A stretch of 64,000 bases of DNA. Origin: Nitrospirota bacterium. Lineage in GTDB: Bacteria; Nitrospirota; Thermodesulfovibrionia; Thermodesulfovibrionales; Dissulfurispiraceae. The notes under the pieces were generated by a model. The model had not been told where the DNA came from and did not search any database. It saw only the letters and a list, made by a program, of their open reading frames with translations. Shown here piece after piece: positions 18,682-26,805 of this stretch. How positions within the stretch are numbered: position 1 is the first letter of the stretch; each line of letters starts with the position of its first letter. Where the stretch lies: contig JBFMCP010000017.1 in the NCBI GenBank assembly GCA_040754455.1, positions 1-64,000 of the forward strand, read 5' to 3'. The position numbers and the translations under genes were made by a program.

Positions 18682-18888
18682 AAACGGTTAGGTGACGTAT
18701 TCATTACACGTTATCGTCAACGACGGCTTTTTCTTAATACTTATGAAGAGCTTCTTCCGCTGTCATAGAGACCGGGGAAACGGTCGACGTTTGATTTTAG
18801 TTGATTTGAAAGACCAAGTCAATTTATTTTGCTGTTTTTGAAGCGATTATGGAATGCAGCCGCTCTTGTCGGCCTTTGGTGACCTGCA

Positions 18889-19203
18889 TTACAGCACAAC
18901 GACATCACTGATCTCTACAAGACCTTTCTCCACTGCTCCGGAGATCGCGGGGAGCACCTTGTTAATCACCTCTTCCGAATCAATTGCTTCGATCTTGATC
19001 GGCAGGGTGGTCGACAATTCGAGCAGCTTCGACGTATGAAACACGCGGTCGCTTCCGTAGCCGGCCACACCTCTGAAGGCGCTCGCCCCTGCAACTTTGT
19101 TTCGGTAAAGGATATCCATGACGACCTCGTACACCGGTCTTCCCTCCACGCGATCCGTCTCATCGACATAGATGGAAAGCTTTTTCATTGCTCCTTTTTT
19201 CAT
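18889..19203 (-). CDS. DUF190 (PII-like) protein
   Basis: Start ATG 19203 with GGAG SD; GASAFRGVAGYG and LSTTLPIKIE motifs; downstream of crcB. Confidence 0.85.
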   Translation of the reverse strand: MKKGAMKKLSIYVDETDRVEGRPVYEVVMDILYRNKVAGASAFRGVAGYGSDRVFHTSKLLELSTTLPIKIEAIDSEEVINKVLPAISGAVEKGLVEISDVVVL

Positions 19204-19211
19204 CTCCGCTC

Positions 19212-19586
19212 CTATACGGCTTTCGCCAGTACTTCTCCGAGTTTCAGTGCAACAAAGCCCGCGATAACGCTCAAGAGTATATTCAGTGCGGCAATGAACC
19301 ATTCACCGTCTCGCAGGAGCGCTCCTGTCTCATATTCAAACGTGGAAAAGGTGGTGTAGGCGCCGAGAAAACCGACGGTGAGGAGCAGGCGCCACTGGGG
19401 ATTGACCAGAAAGCGTTCGTTGAACAGGACCATAAGCAGGCCAATGAGGAAACTCCCGCTCACGTTGATCACAAAGGTGCCGAGGGGAAAGCTTCTCCCC
19501 CATCTCTGTCCGATCCAGAGACCGACCGCATATCGGGAGATCGCGCCTAGAAAACCGCCTAATCCTATTATAAGGTAATTATACAT
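19212..19586 (-). CDS. crcB: Fluoride efflux channel Fluc/CrcB
   Basis: GGFLGAISRY, FPLGTFVINVSG and GFLGAYTTFSTF motifs. Confidence 0.96.
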   Translation of the reverse strand: MYNYLIIGLGGFLGAISRYAVGLWIGQRWGRSFPLGTFVINVSGSFLIGLLMVLFNERFLVNPQWRLLLTVGFLGAYTTFSTFEYETGALLRDGEWFIAALNILLSVIAGFVALKLGEVLAKAV

Positions 19587-19615
19587 GAATACCTGCCGCC
19601 CGGCTGTGCGCAGTA

Positions 19616-20914
19616 TTATGAGGCATTATACCGTTGTACATCAAGCTTCAACGCCGCAATCGCTCCGGGATCGTATCCTGCATGGAGAGCCGAAAAAACC
19701 GTATTATTGGTCAGAAGCGGATCGAGATCGTCATCGATGATTCCCTGTTCCACGAGATCGTCCCAGCAACCGGTCCCACGGAGGGGAGAGAATTCGGTAA
19801 GGTTGATCCTTATGCCGAGGGACTTTAAAAAAGCGACACCTTCCCGCACCTCTTCGAGATACTGGCCGGGGAGACCATACATGAGATACGCCCCCAGTTC
19901 TTTCTTCGTGAAGCCCTGTTTCTTAAGCTGCATGACCGCGTGCTTGATGTCCACGGAAGCAACTTTGCCGCCGGTGCTCTTTTGTCGCTCACTGTTTACC
20001 GTTTCGAGGCTCAATCGCAGGGTTATGAAGTTGCTTTTCCTCAAGAGCCACGCAAGCTCCTCATCCACATATCGGGCATGAAGGCCGTTAGGAGTATGGA
20101 ATCTGACATTCAGTCCCTCACCGATAATCAGCCTGAGCACCGGTTTGATATGGCACGCTGCATCAATGAGGAGCGCATCATCGTAAAAGGCATAATCGCG
20201 GACGCCGAGTGCATAGAGCGCCCTGACTTCATGGAGCACCTCGGTCGGGGGACGCCTGGAGTAGTGATCGTACAGGAGGTGTGAAGCACAGTAGGAACAG
20301 TGAAAGGGGCACCCCGTTGAGGTAAGGAGCGGGGCAAAGGGGTAGCTCCGGTAGAGATCAAGCTCGTAGTAGTGGAGCGGCGCCCGTTTTCTTTTGAGCT
20401 TGAAGCCGAATGTCGATAAGGCGAACGTAAGCCCGGCATTGATAGGTCCCTTGAAGATGAAATCGGCTCCGGAGTGCCGCGCTGCATGCTCCGGATAGAG
20501 GGTCGGATAGATACCGCCGAGTATGACCGGGACATCACCCAGCATGGCCCGGAGCCGCTCAATGACGCTCTGCACGCCCGGATACCAGTAGCTCATGACC
20601 GACGTGATGAGGACAATATCCACGGGCTGGGCGGCCCATACCTGCTCCTGGAACTCCTCATCGCTGATGCCATAGCGTTTGTATAGCCGTGGTATTCCTT
20701 TCAGGAGATCGGGTTTTTCGATCGGCTCGGACCTGAACCTCCCGGTTCCGTACTGTCGTGCCTTAAAGGAATCGGTGCAATCGATAAGCATGAGCTCTGC
20801 ATCGAAAGAGCTCAGAAACTCGGCTACCTTCAAGAGGCCGAGGGGACGCGCCCAGAGGTTGTACGCGGCGAAGTCGCAGATCCAGGGATTGACGAGGAGG
20901 ATTCGCAGTCTCAC
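19616..20914 (-). CDS. B12-binding-domain radical SAM protein
   Basis: GCPFHCSYC motif; N-terminal PLGLL, ILGGIY and FYDDAL motifs; GTG start. Confidence 0.88.
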   Translation of the reverse strand: MRLRILLVNPWICDFAAYNLWARPLGLLKVAEFLSSFDAELMLIDCTDSFKARQYGTGRFRSEPIEKPDLLKGIPRLYKRYGISDEEFQEQVWAAQPVDIVLITSVMSYWYPGVQSVIERLRAMLGDVPVILGGIYPTLYPEHAARHSGADFIFKGPINAGLTFALSTFGFKLKRKRAPLHYYELDLYRSYPFAPLLTSTGCPFHCSYCASHLLYDHYSRRPPTEVLHEVRALYALGVRDYAFYDDALLIDAACHIKPVLRLIIGEGLNVRFHTPNGLHARYVDEELAWLLRKSNFITLRLSLETVNSERQKSTGGKVASVDIKHAVMQLKKQGFTKKELGAYLMYGLPGQYLEEVREGVAFLKSLGIRINLTEFSPLRGTGCWDDLVEQGIIDDDLDPLLTNNTVFSALHAGYDPGAIAALKLDVQRYNAS

Positions 20915-21047
20915 CGGCGTTGGTTGTTCACGTCCTTCGATTGTAAGATACTCATGATTAAGGTTATAGTAAAAAACCGGGAGGAAGCAAGAAAAGAGGG
21001 ACTATCCTTACCGTCTGAATTTTCTGCTTCTGGTGGATTCTTTAATC

Positions 21048-21890
21048 ATGGGATACTACGAATTCAAAATCACCGTGGCCGATGAATCGAGAGACGCCCT
21101 TCTGCAGGGTATCTCTGCTATCGGCTGTCTCGGCGTCGTTGAACACGACGGGTCACTTACCGCCTATTTCTCGGATACCATCGGTATCGATGCGATAAGA
21201 AAAGGATTGGACGCATTCAGAGGAGTCCTCGCGTCATCCGGCCTGAATTCGGATATTGCCTACGAATATGTCTTCATCTCCGAACGCGACTGGAACGAGT
21301 CGTGGAAGAAAAAATTCAAGCCCATCGATGTGGGCGAGCACTTCTCGATCCTGCCGCCATGGGAGGAGAAGGTCGCAGGACGCATCAATCTGATCATCGA
21401 TCCCGGTATGGCCTTCGGCACCGGGCACCACGAAACCACAAAAACCTGTCTCCTCTACATCGAGCGGTTTTCCCATCGGGTCAGTAAAGAGCGCTTCCTC
21501 GACGTCGGTACCGGGACCGGCGTTCTCGCCATAGCCGCCTCATTCCTCGGTTTTGCCTCTGTCCTCGGCGTCGATATCGACCCGCTCGCCATCGATGCTG
21601 CACAGAGGAATGCCAGGCACAACAACCTGAAGAATGTGGAGATCAGGGAGGGCAGCATCACCACTGCCGGAGGCACCTATGATTTCATTGCAGCAAATCT
21701 CATGTCAGAGATACTCATCAGCATAGCCCCTGAATTAGCCTCCCGACTCACCCCCTCGGGTGTCGCTCTCCTCTCCGGCATGATCGTCGGCCAGGAGGAT
21801 GAGGTCATTGCCGTTATGGAGAACGCGGGGCTGCGCTACCGGGAAACGTTTATCGACGGCAGGTGGGTGACGGTGATCATGAGCCGTTAA
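21048..21890 (+). CDS. prmA: Ribosomal protein L11 methyltransferase
   Basis: DWNESWKK, IDPGMAFGTGHHETT and LDVGTGTGVLAI motifs. The start may instead be 21033. Confidence 0.95.
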   Translation: MGYYEFKITVADESRDALLQGISAIGCLGVVEHDGSLTAYFSDTIGIDAIRKGLDAFRGVLASSGLNSDIAYEYVFISERDWNESWKKKFKPIDVGEHFSILPPWEEKVAGRINLIIDPGMAFGTGHHETTKTCLLYIERFSHRVSKERFLDVGTGTGVLAIAASFLGFASVLGVDIDPLAIDAAQRNARHNNLKNVEIREGSITTAGGTYDFIAANLMSEILISIAPELASRLTPSGVALLSGMIVGQEDEVIAVMENAGLRYRETFIDGRWVTVIMSR

Positions 21891-21997
21891 CTTCCATCCC
21901 TCTTGCATTTTCAATGGGTAAATTGCCCCTCTCCATGGTGCGATTTCACCCAACAAGCTCAGAAATTGACGCAACAGGTCTATTATTTTTAACGAAC

Positions 21998-22016
21998 CCT
22001 GTTGAAAAACAACAGG
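21998..22016. promoter_or_regulatory. Palindromic operator candidate upstream of the sigma54 promoter
   Basis: CCTGTTG-AAAAA-CAACAGG; half sites CAACAAG (21951) and CAACAGG (21972) lie 21 bp apart. Confidence 0.45.
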
Positions 22017-22045
22017 CACCGGAACAAGCCGCTGCAACGCTTTCC

Positions 22046-22061
22046 TGGCACACGGATTGCT
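22046..22061 (+). promoter_or_regulatory. Sigma54 (-24/-12) promoter
   Basis: TGGCAC-ACGGA-TTGCT with exact GG-N10-GC spacing, in an intergenic region. Confidence 0.8.
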
Positions 22062-22072
22062 CCTCACTGCAG

Positions 22073-22378
22073 TGCTAGACTCTTTGGGGCAGTGTGACGA
22101 ACGCTTTCTGCCGGAGACCCTCAAGAGAAGGTCTGCCGGGAAAGAACTCTCAATGCGAGTGAGCATGTCCAAAGTGCCTCTCAGAGTGATCTTTGAAAAG
22201 AGATTATTGCACGACAATGTTCCAGGAAGGACGAGAGGGCAAAAGCCACGAGAGGAGCGGCTATCGACTACCCTGGACAGGGTCATGCATTATTCATGAG
22301 GGCCATGCAAAAGGACCGGCGTACATGTGCGATCGCGAGCGATATTACCGGAAGCCTTTTGGATGGCTTTTTTGTTTT
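22073..22378 (+). ncRNA. Candidate sigma54-dependent structured ncRNA, about 300 nt, family not recognised
   Basis: Bounded by the sigma54 promoter and a terminator; several long stems visible; no ORF with an SD or recognisable product. Confidence 0.55.
22352..22378 (+). terminator. Intrinsic terminator
   Basis: AAGCC-TTTTGGAT-GGCTT followed by TTTTGTTTT. Confidence 0.65.
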
Positions 22379-22455
22379 GAGCAGGTCAATAAAAAAAACA
22401 ACGGCGCTCTCCTGTTATAATGAGTTGAAGGCACCAACCTGGACCGGGGGTATCT

Positions 22456-22692
22456 GTGAGCGAGGCGGAAAAAAAAGAAGAGGGTCGTACTGTTGAGCGG
22501 ACCATCGATTTCGGCGACAAGCGCTATATTATCAGAAGAACAGATGCGCTCACGACGGTGATCAGGACTGATACGACGACAGGTGATGAACAGGTGATCA
22601 GCCGCTGCTGGGGCCTGGGAGATATGGACAACTACGAGTTTGAACCTGCGACGGAAACACTGAGATCAAAGCTTCGTTTTAAGAATAAATAA
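22456..22692 (+). CDS. Hypothetical small protein (78 aa)
   Basis: GTG start with GGGGG SD; extended -10 TGTTATAAT about 40 nt upstream; converges with ychF. Confidence 0.65.
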   Translation: MSEAEKKEEGRTVERTIDFGDKRYIIRRTDALTTVIRTDTTTGDEQVISRCWGLGDMDNYEFEPATETLRSKLRFKNK

Positions 22693-22707
22693 GCCGCTTT
22701 CGGGCGA

Positions 22708-23805
22708 TTATACATTAAACCTGAAATTGATGATGTCCCCGTCTTTAACCTCGTAGGTCTTTCCTTCGAGCCGCAGATGCCCCCTGTCGCGTGCCGCAGC
22801 CATAGAACCGTCGGCAATGAAGTCATCATAGCCCACCACCTCTGCTCTGATAAATCCACGTTCTATGTCCGAATGGATCTTGCCTGCCGCTTTCTGGGCA
22901 TTGGTCCCCCTCGTAATCGTCCATGCCCGCACCTCGTCTTCCCCGCTGGTAAGGAAGGAGATGAGCCCCAGAAGGTCATAGCTCACTTTTATCAATTTGT
23001 TCAGGGCCGGCTCTTCAATACCGAGGTCATCGAGAAATGCCCGTGCCTCATCCGGGGAAAGCTGGGCGATCTCCATCTCGATCTTTCCGCAGAGCACCAC
23101 TACTTTTGTCGTTTCCGCGACGCCCCTTTCGGCAATGAGCGTTTCGACGCGCCGCTGCAGGTCTGCCGCGCGCTCGGTATTCAGCTCTTTCTCACCGAGG
23201 TTGATCACGATAACCTCGGGCTTTGTCGAGACGAACTGGAGCGGCTTCATGAGTTTCTGTTCTTCCTCATCAAAGTGCATGTTCCGCAGGGGTATCTCTT
23301 TTTCGAGGGCTTCCCTGCATTTCAACAGGAGCTTCTTTTCCGCCTCATTGGGCTTCTTGCCCTTCTTTGCACTTTCCTCCATGCGCTCGAGCCGCTTCTC
23401 GACAAACTCGAGATCGCCAAAGACCAGCTCCATCTCGAGCGTCTCGACATCGCGCAGGGGATTCACCTCGTTCATCGGATGAGAGATCGAGGCATCTTCA
23501 AAGGCGCGCACGACGTGGACAATAGCATCCACATCCTTGATCAGGTCAAAGACCTTCCTGTTCTGCGCGACATCGCCCTTGGTGAGCCCGATGTAATCGA
23601 CATATTCGACGGTAGCGTAGGTTATCTTCTTGGGCCGGTAGATTTCGGCAAGCCTGTCGACGCGGTCGTCGGGGACTTTCACCACGCCGTAATTCGGTTC
23701 GCCGCTGATCGTAGGATACGTTGTCGTTTCGAGGTTCTGTCCCGTAAGGGCGTTAAAGATAGTGGTCTTGCCTGAATTGGAGAGTCCGATGATCGCGAGC
23801 CTCAC
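22708..23805 (-). CDS. ychF: Redox-regulated ATPase YchF
   Basis: GLSNSGKTT, VPDDR, EVRAWTI and AAGKIHSDIERGFIRAE motifs; C-terminal FRFNV. Confidence 0.95.
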   Translation of the reverse strand: MRLAIIGLSNSGKTTIFNALTGQNLETTTYPTISGEPNYGVVKVPDDRVDRLAEIYRPKKITYATVEYVDYIGLTKGDVAQNRKVFDLIKDVDAIVHVVRAFEDASISHPMNEVNPLRDVETLEMELVFGDLEFVEKRLERMEESAKKGKKPNEAEKKLLLKCREALEKEIPLRNMHFDEEEQKLMKPLQFVSTKPEVIVINLGEKELNTERAADLQRRVETLIAERGVAETTKVVVLCGKIEMEIAQLSPDEARAFLDDLGIEEPALNKLIKVSYDLLGLISFLTSGEDEVRAWTITRGTNAQKAAGKIHSDIERGFIRAEVVGYDDFIADGSMAAARDRGHLRLEGKTYEVKDGDIINFRFNV

Positions 23806-23822
23806 TGTTCCTCCTTAACAAA

Positions 23823-23922
23823 AAGCTATCAGTACCCAGCTGTCGGCTCACGGGGAGTCTCCGATCCGATCACGACGGGCCCGCTGTTCTGCTTTTTTGC
23901 TGAAAGCCGATGGCTGAAAGCT
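23823..23922. repeat. Degenerate heptamer palindrome (AGCTNTC / GCTGAAA units)
   Basis: AAGCTATCAG..CAGCTGTCGGC on the left and GCTGAAAGCCGATGGCTGAAAGCTT on the right are imperfectly complementary. Confidence 0.5.
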
Positions 23923-23925
23923 TGC

Positions 23926-24504
23926 TTATTCCGGTTTAATCAGGTTTGGAGCGCATTTGATCGCCTCAAAGGCAAACAGGATCCTCTTTTCCCTCTCTGC
24001 CCTTTCTGCAGGATAGGGAGTGAACGTGGCATCCTTAAACAAGCGGACCGCCTCATCTTTATCTGGGATCGCATCCATTCCCTCTGCAATGATTTTTCCG
24101 TCAATCGCATCCAGCACCCGAGCGTGCTCGCTGTCAGTCACCACCGCATAAGGTATCTGGTAGGGCTCAACGACACGGCAAAAAGCTATGGAATGGCGCT
24201 CCCAGGATTCCATCGAGCTCATGACACACTTTATGACGATGCAGCTCCGATCCCCGATCTTGAGGACGAAGTCAGCGGTGACGCAAAAAGAGATATCGGG
24301 CAGATCGAGCTTGAACTCCTTGTTCAGTTCCATATCCCCGGCAGCATACCTTTTTCGGGAGAGGAGAAAGTCATAGACTCTCCTCTGAACCTGCGTCAAT
24401 TGAAGGCCAGCCGCCTGCTCTTCCATCTCTATCTTTTCCCCCAGCAACGCTTTCCGGTGCTCGGGACTCGTCGGAATTTTCCCCAAATGGTAGTACTGTG
24501 ACAT
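23926..24504 (-). CDS. Stand-alone HsdR N-terminal-like (PD-(D/E)xK fold) protein
   Basis: ADFVL...IVIKC, WER, IPYAVVTD and G..AIP pattern typical of these small proteins. Confidence 0.6.
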   Translation of the reverse strand: MSQYYHLGKIPTSPEHRKALLGEKIEMEEQAAGLQLTQVQRRVYDFLLSRKRYAAGDMELNKEFKLDLPDISFCVTADFVLKIGDRSCIVIKCVMSSMESWERHSIAFCRVVEPYQIPYAVVTDSEHARVLDAIDGKIIAEGMDAIPDKDEAVRLFKDATFTPYPAERAEREKRILFAFEAIKCAPNLIKPE

Positions 24505-24578
24505 GTCAGCCTCTCAGGTTAGAGATACAAGAAAGGCAGAGGCGTTCCATCAACGCCCCTACCTTCAACGGTTATTGC

Positions 24579-25133
24579 CTAGCTCTTTACACCCTCTTTG
24601 AGCGTAAGCGCATATCTGGGATGCTCAAAAGGATGCATGGTCGGAAACTTTGCAAAGAGCCATCCTTTGAATACGCTCTTGCCGCCTTCGAAGACCTCGA
24701 CCCGGACTGCTGGGTTGTTGGGATTCACGCTCCCTGAGGTCAGCGTCGTACCATCCATTCTGAAATCAGGGAGGAATTCGCCGACTTTTACCTTGAGATT
24801 GGTATTGGGGAGTTCAAAATCAGAGCCGATTTTTACAGTGTACTCATTGCTCTTCTTTGTCGTCTTATCTTCCAGCACCAGCTTTACCTTGCTCCACTTC
24901 CCTTTGACATCGTTAGGCACGATGATCTTTTTCTCAACTTTGGGCCCCGCATTTCCATGCGGCGCCATCGGTGCCGGTGCTCCTGCAGGTCCCTGCATCG
25001 GTGCCTGCGGCATCACCATGGGCGACTGGGGCATCGGTGCCGTTGGAGTAATCTGTTCTTCTTTTTTCTTACAACCTGTCATAATCATCGATAATGCAAG
25101 GCCGGTTACCAGAATCGTAGAAATCCTCTTCAT
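24579..25133 (-). CDS. Lipoprotein, DUF2155-like
   Basis: Lipobox MTGC; Pro-rich linker; FKGWLFAKFPTMHPFEHPRY motif. Confidence 0.75.
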   Translation of the reverse strand: MKRISTILVTGLALSMIMTGCKKKEEQITPTAPMPQSPMVMPQAPMQGPAGAPAPMAPHGNAGPKVEKKIIVPNDVKGKWSKVKLVLEDKTTKKSNEYTVKIGSDFELPNTNLKVKVGEFLPDFRMDGTTLTSGSVNPNNPAVRVEVFEGGKSVFKGWLFAKFPTMHPFEHPRYALTLKEGVKS

Positions 25134-25157
25134 GTATACCTCCGCTGATTGTGGTTA

Positions 25158-25250
25158 TGGCGGAGAGGCAGGGATTCGAACCCTGGGTAGGGTGTTACCC
25201 CTACAACCGCTTAGCAGGCGGCTGCCTTCGACCTACTCGGCCACCTCTCC
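25158..25250 (-). tRNA. tRNA-Ser (anticodon GCT)
   Basis: GGAGAGGTGGCCGAGTAGGTCGAAGGCAGCCGCCT-GCT-AAGCGGT, long variable arm, GGTTCGAATCC and encoded CCA. Confidence 0.97.
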
Positions 25251-25380
25251 ATCAGTTTCAAACTATTATATTATCAACTGGAATGATGAATTGTAAAGTA
25301 AAAGAGGCGTGCTTTGCCCGGCCCTGCGGGCCGCCACGTACCATGGATAAAGCAGGAGAAAGGTCAGGTATAATACACAG

Positions 25381-26793
25381 ATGAACCTTCTTGACCACAT
25401 CAAGAATACACTCCGGAAATACGCCATGCTTTCACACGGGGATATTGTCCTCATCGGCCTTTCAGGGGGGGCCGACTCGGTCTGTCTGCTCGTCGTGCTC
25501 GACCGGATCAAAGCCGAATACGGCATCACGCTCAGTGCTGCTTACATCGATCATGGTCTCAGACCGGACGAGACCCCCCGTGAAATTGCGTTCTGCAGCG
25601 CACTCTGCAGTGCTTTGGGAGTGCCCTTTTTCACACAGGCGATCGATGTGCCTTCCTATGCCCGGGAAAAAGGCTTGAGCACACAGGAGGCGGCCCGCGA
25701 ACTGCGCTACCGGGCCCTTGAAACTATCGCCCGCAAGAGGGGCGCAACAAAGATTGCCGTGGGGCATAACGCCGACGACCAGGCGGAGACCATTCTGATG
25801 AGGCTCTTCAGGGGATCGGGACCCGCAGGCCTCTCAGGCATTCCCCCGGTCAGAAGGGATATCATCAGACCGCTCATCGAAATCGAGAGGAGCGCAATCG
25901 ATGACTTTCTCGCCCATTCTTCTCCTGACACAATTCGTCATCTGTCGATGCCCTACGTCATCGATTCATCCAATCTCAAACACTACTATCTGCGCAATAA
26001 AATACGCCACGTCCTTATGCCGGTTGTCCGGAGCATCAACCGCGATATCGTCAAGACCCTCTCGAGGACCGCGGACATCTTCAGAGATGAGGAGCGGTAT
26101 TTCGACCTCCAGGTCACCAAGGCATTGATGCGGCTCATTACCAACAAAACCGATGAACGGATAGAGCTCTTCCTCGCCCCGCTGGAGGCCATGGATACCG
26201 TCCTCCTCAGGAGAGTGCTCCGGCGTGCGGTGGACGAGATCAAGGGGCTCCGCGGCATCGGTTTTGTCCATATCGAAGACATCGCCACTTTGGTAAAGAA
26301 GGGGATATCGGGAGACCGTATCTATCTGCCGAAAGATCTGCGGGCGATAAAGGGGTATTCCACCCTCCTCCTTACCGTCGAACGTCCCCACCGTCTCAGC
26401 ACCCACGTGCTCGAACATCCGGGAGAGGTCGTCCTCAAGGAGGCTTCGCTGGTGCTCCGCTGCTCCCTTGTCGATGATAAAGAAATTCTCGATACCTACG
26501 GTGACGGGAAACACACTGCCGCCATCGACGCCGATAAAGTGCACTTTCCCCTTGTCATAAGGCCGCGAATACCCGGCGACCATTTCTATCCCTTCGGTTT
26601 CGGCAAGAAAAAGAAGCTCCAGGATTATTTCGTCGATGCGAAGGTGCCGAGAGATATGCGGGACGCCGTGCCCCTGCTCGTTGCGGACAATGAGATCGTA
26701 TGGGTCGTGGGATATCGCCTGGATGAGCGCTACAGGATTGATAAAAATACAACAAGAGTTTTAAAATTTGAAGTACATGCATTACAACGCTAA
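25381..26793 (+). CDS. tilS: tRNA(Ile)-lysidine synthetase
   Basis: LSGGADS, ARELRY, HNADDQAET, IIRPL and RNKIRH motifs; C-terminal domain. Confidence 0.96.
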   Translation: MNLLDHIKNTLRKYAMLSHGDIVLIGLSGGADSVCLLVVLDRIKAEYGITLSAAYIDHGLRPDETPREIAFCSALCSALGVPFFTQAIDVPSYAREKGLSTQEAARELRYRALETIARKRGATKIAVGHNADDQAETILMRLFRGSGPAGLSGIPPVRRDIIRPLIEIERSAIDDFLAHSSPDTIRHLSMPYVIDSSNLKHYYLRNKIRHVLMPVVRSINRDIVKTLSRTADIFRDEERYFDLQVTKALMRLITNKTDERIELFLAPLEAMDTVLLRRVLRRAVDEIKGLRGIGFVHIEDIATLVKKGISGDRIYLPKDLRAIKGYSTLLLTVERPHRLSTHVLEHPGEVVLKEASLVLRCSLVDDKEILDTYGDGKHTAAIDADKVHFPLVIRPRIPGDHFYPFGFGKKKKLQDYFVDAKVPRDMRDAVPLLVADNEIVWVVGYRLDERYRIDKNTTRVLKFEVHALQR

Positions 26794-26805
26794 CATGGAG
26801 GTAAT

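Noticed and set aside
22057..22496. Short ORFs 22057-22299, 22193-22420 and 22296-22496 as genes
   Set aside because: No SD or recognisable product; they start inside the sigma54 promoter or cross the terminator. A 48-codon ORF from 22154 cannot be fully excluded.
25158..25250. Long-arm tRNA as tRNA-Sec, or as an island integration site
   Set aside because: Anticodon is GCT with a 7-bp acceptor stem; no duplicated 3' end or integrase seen next to it.
25905..25950. Repeat-derived insertion in tilS (AHSSPDTIRHLS)
   Set aside because: Looks like an extra loop, but the DNA periodicity is too weak to call without an alignment.
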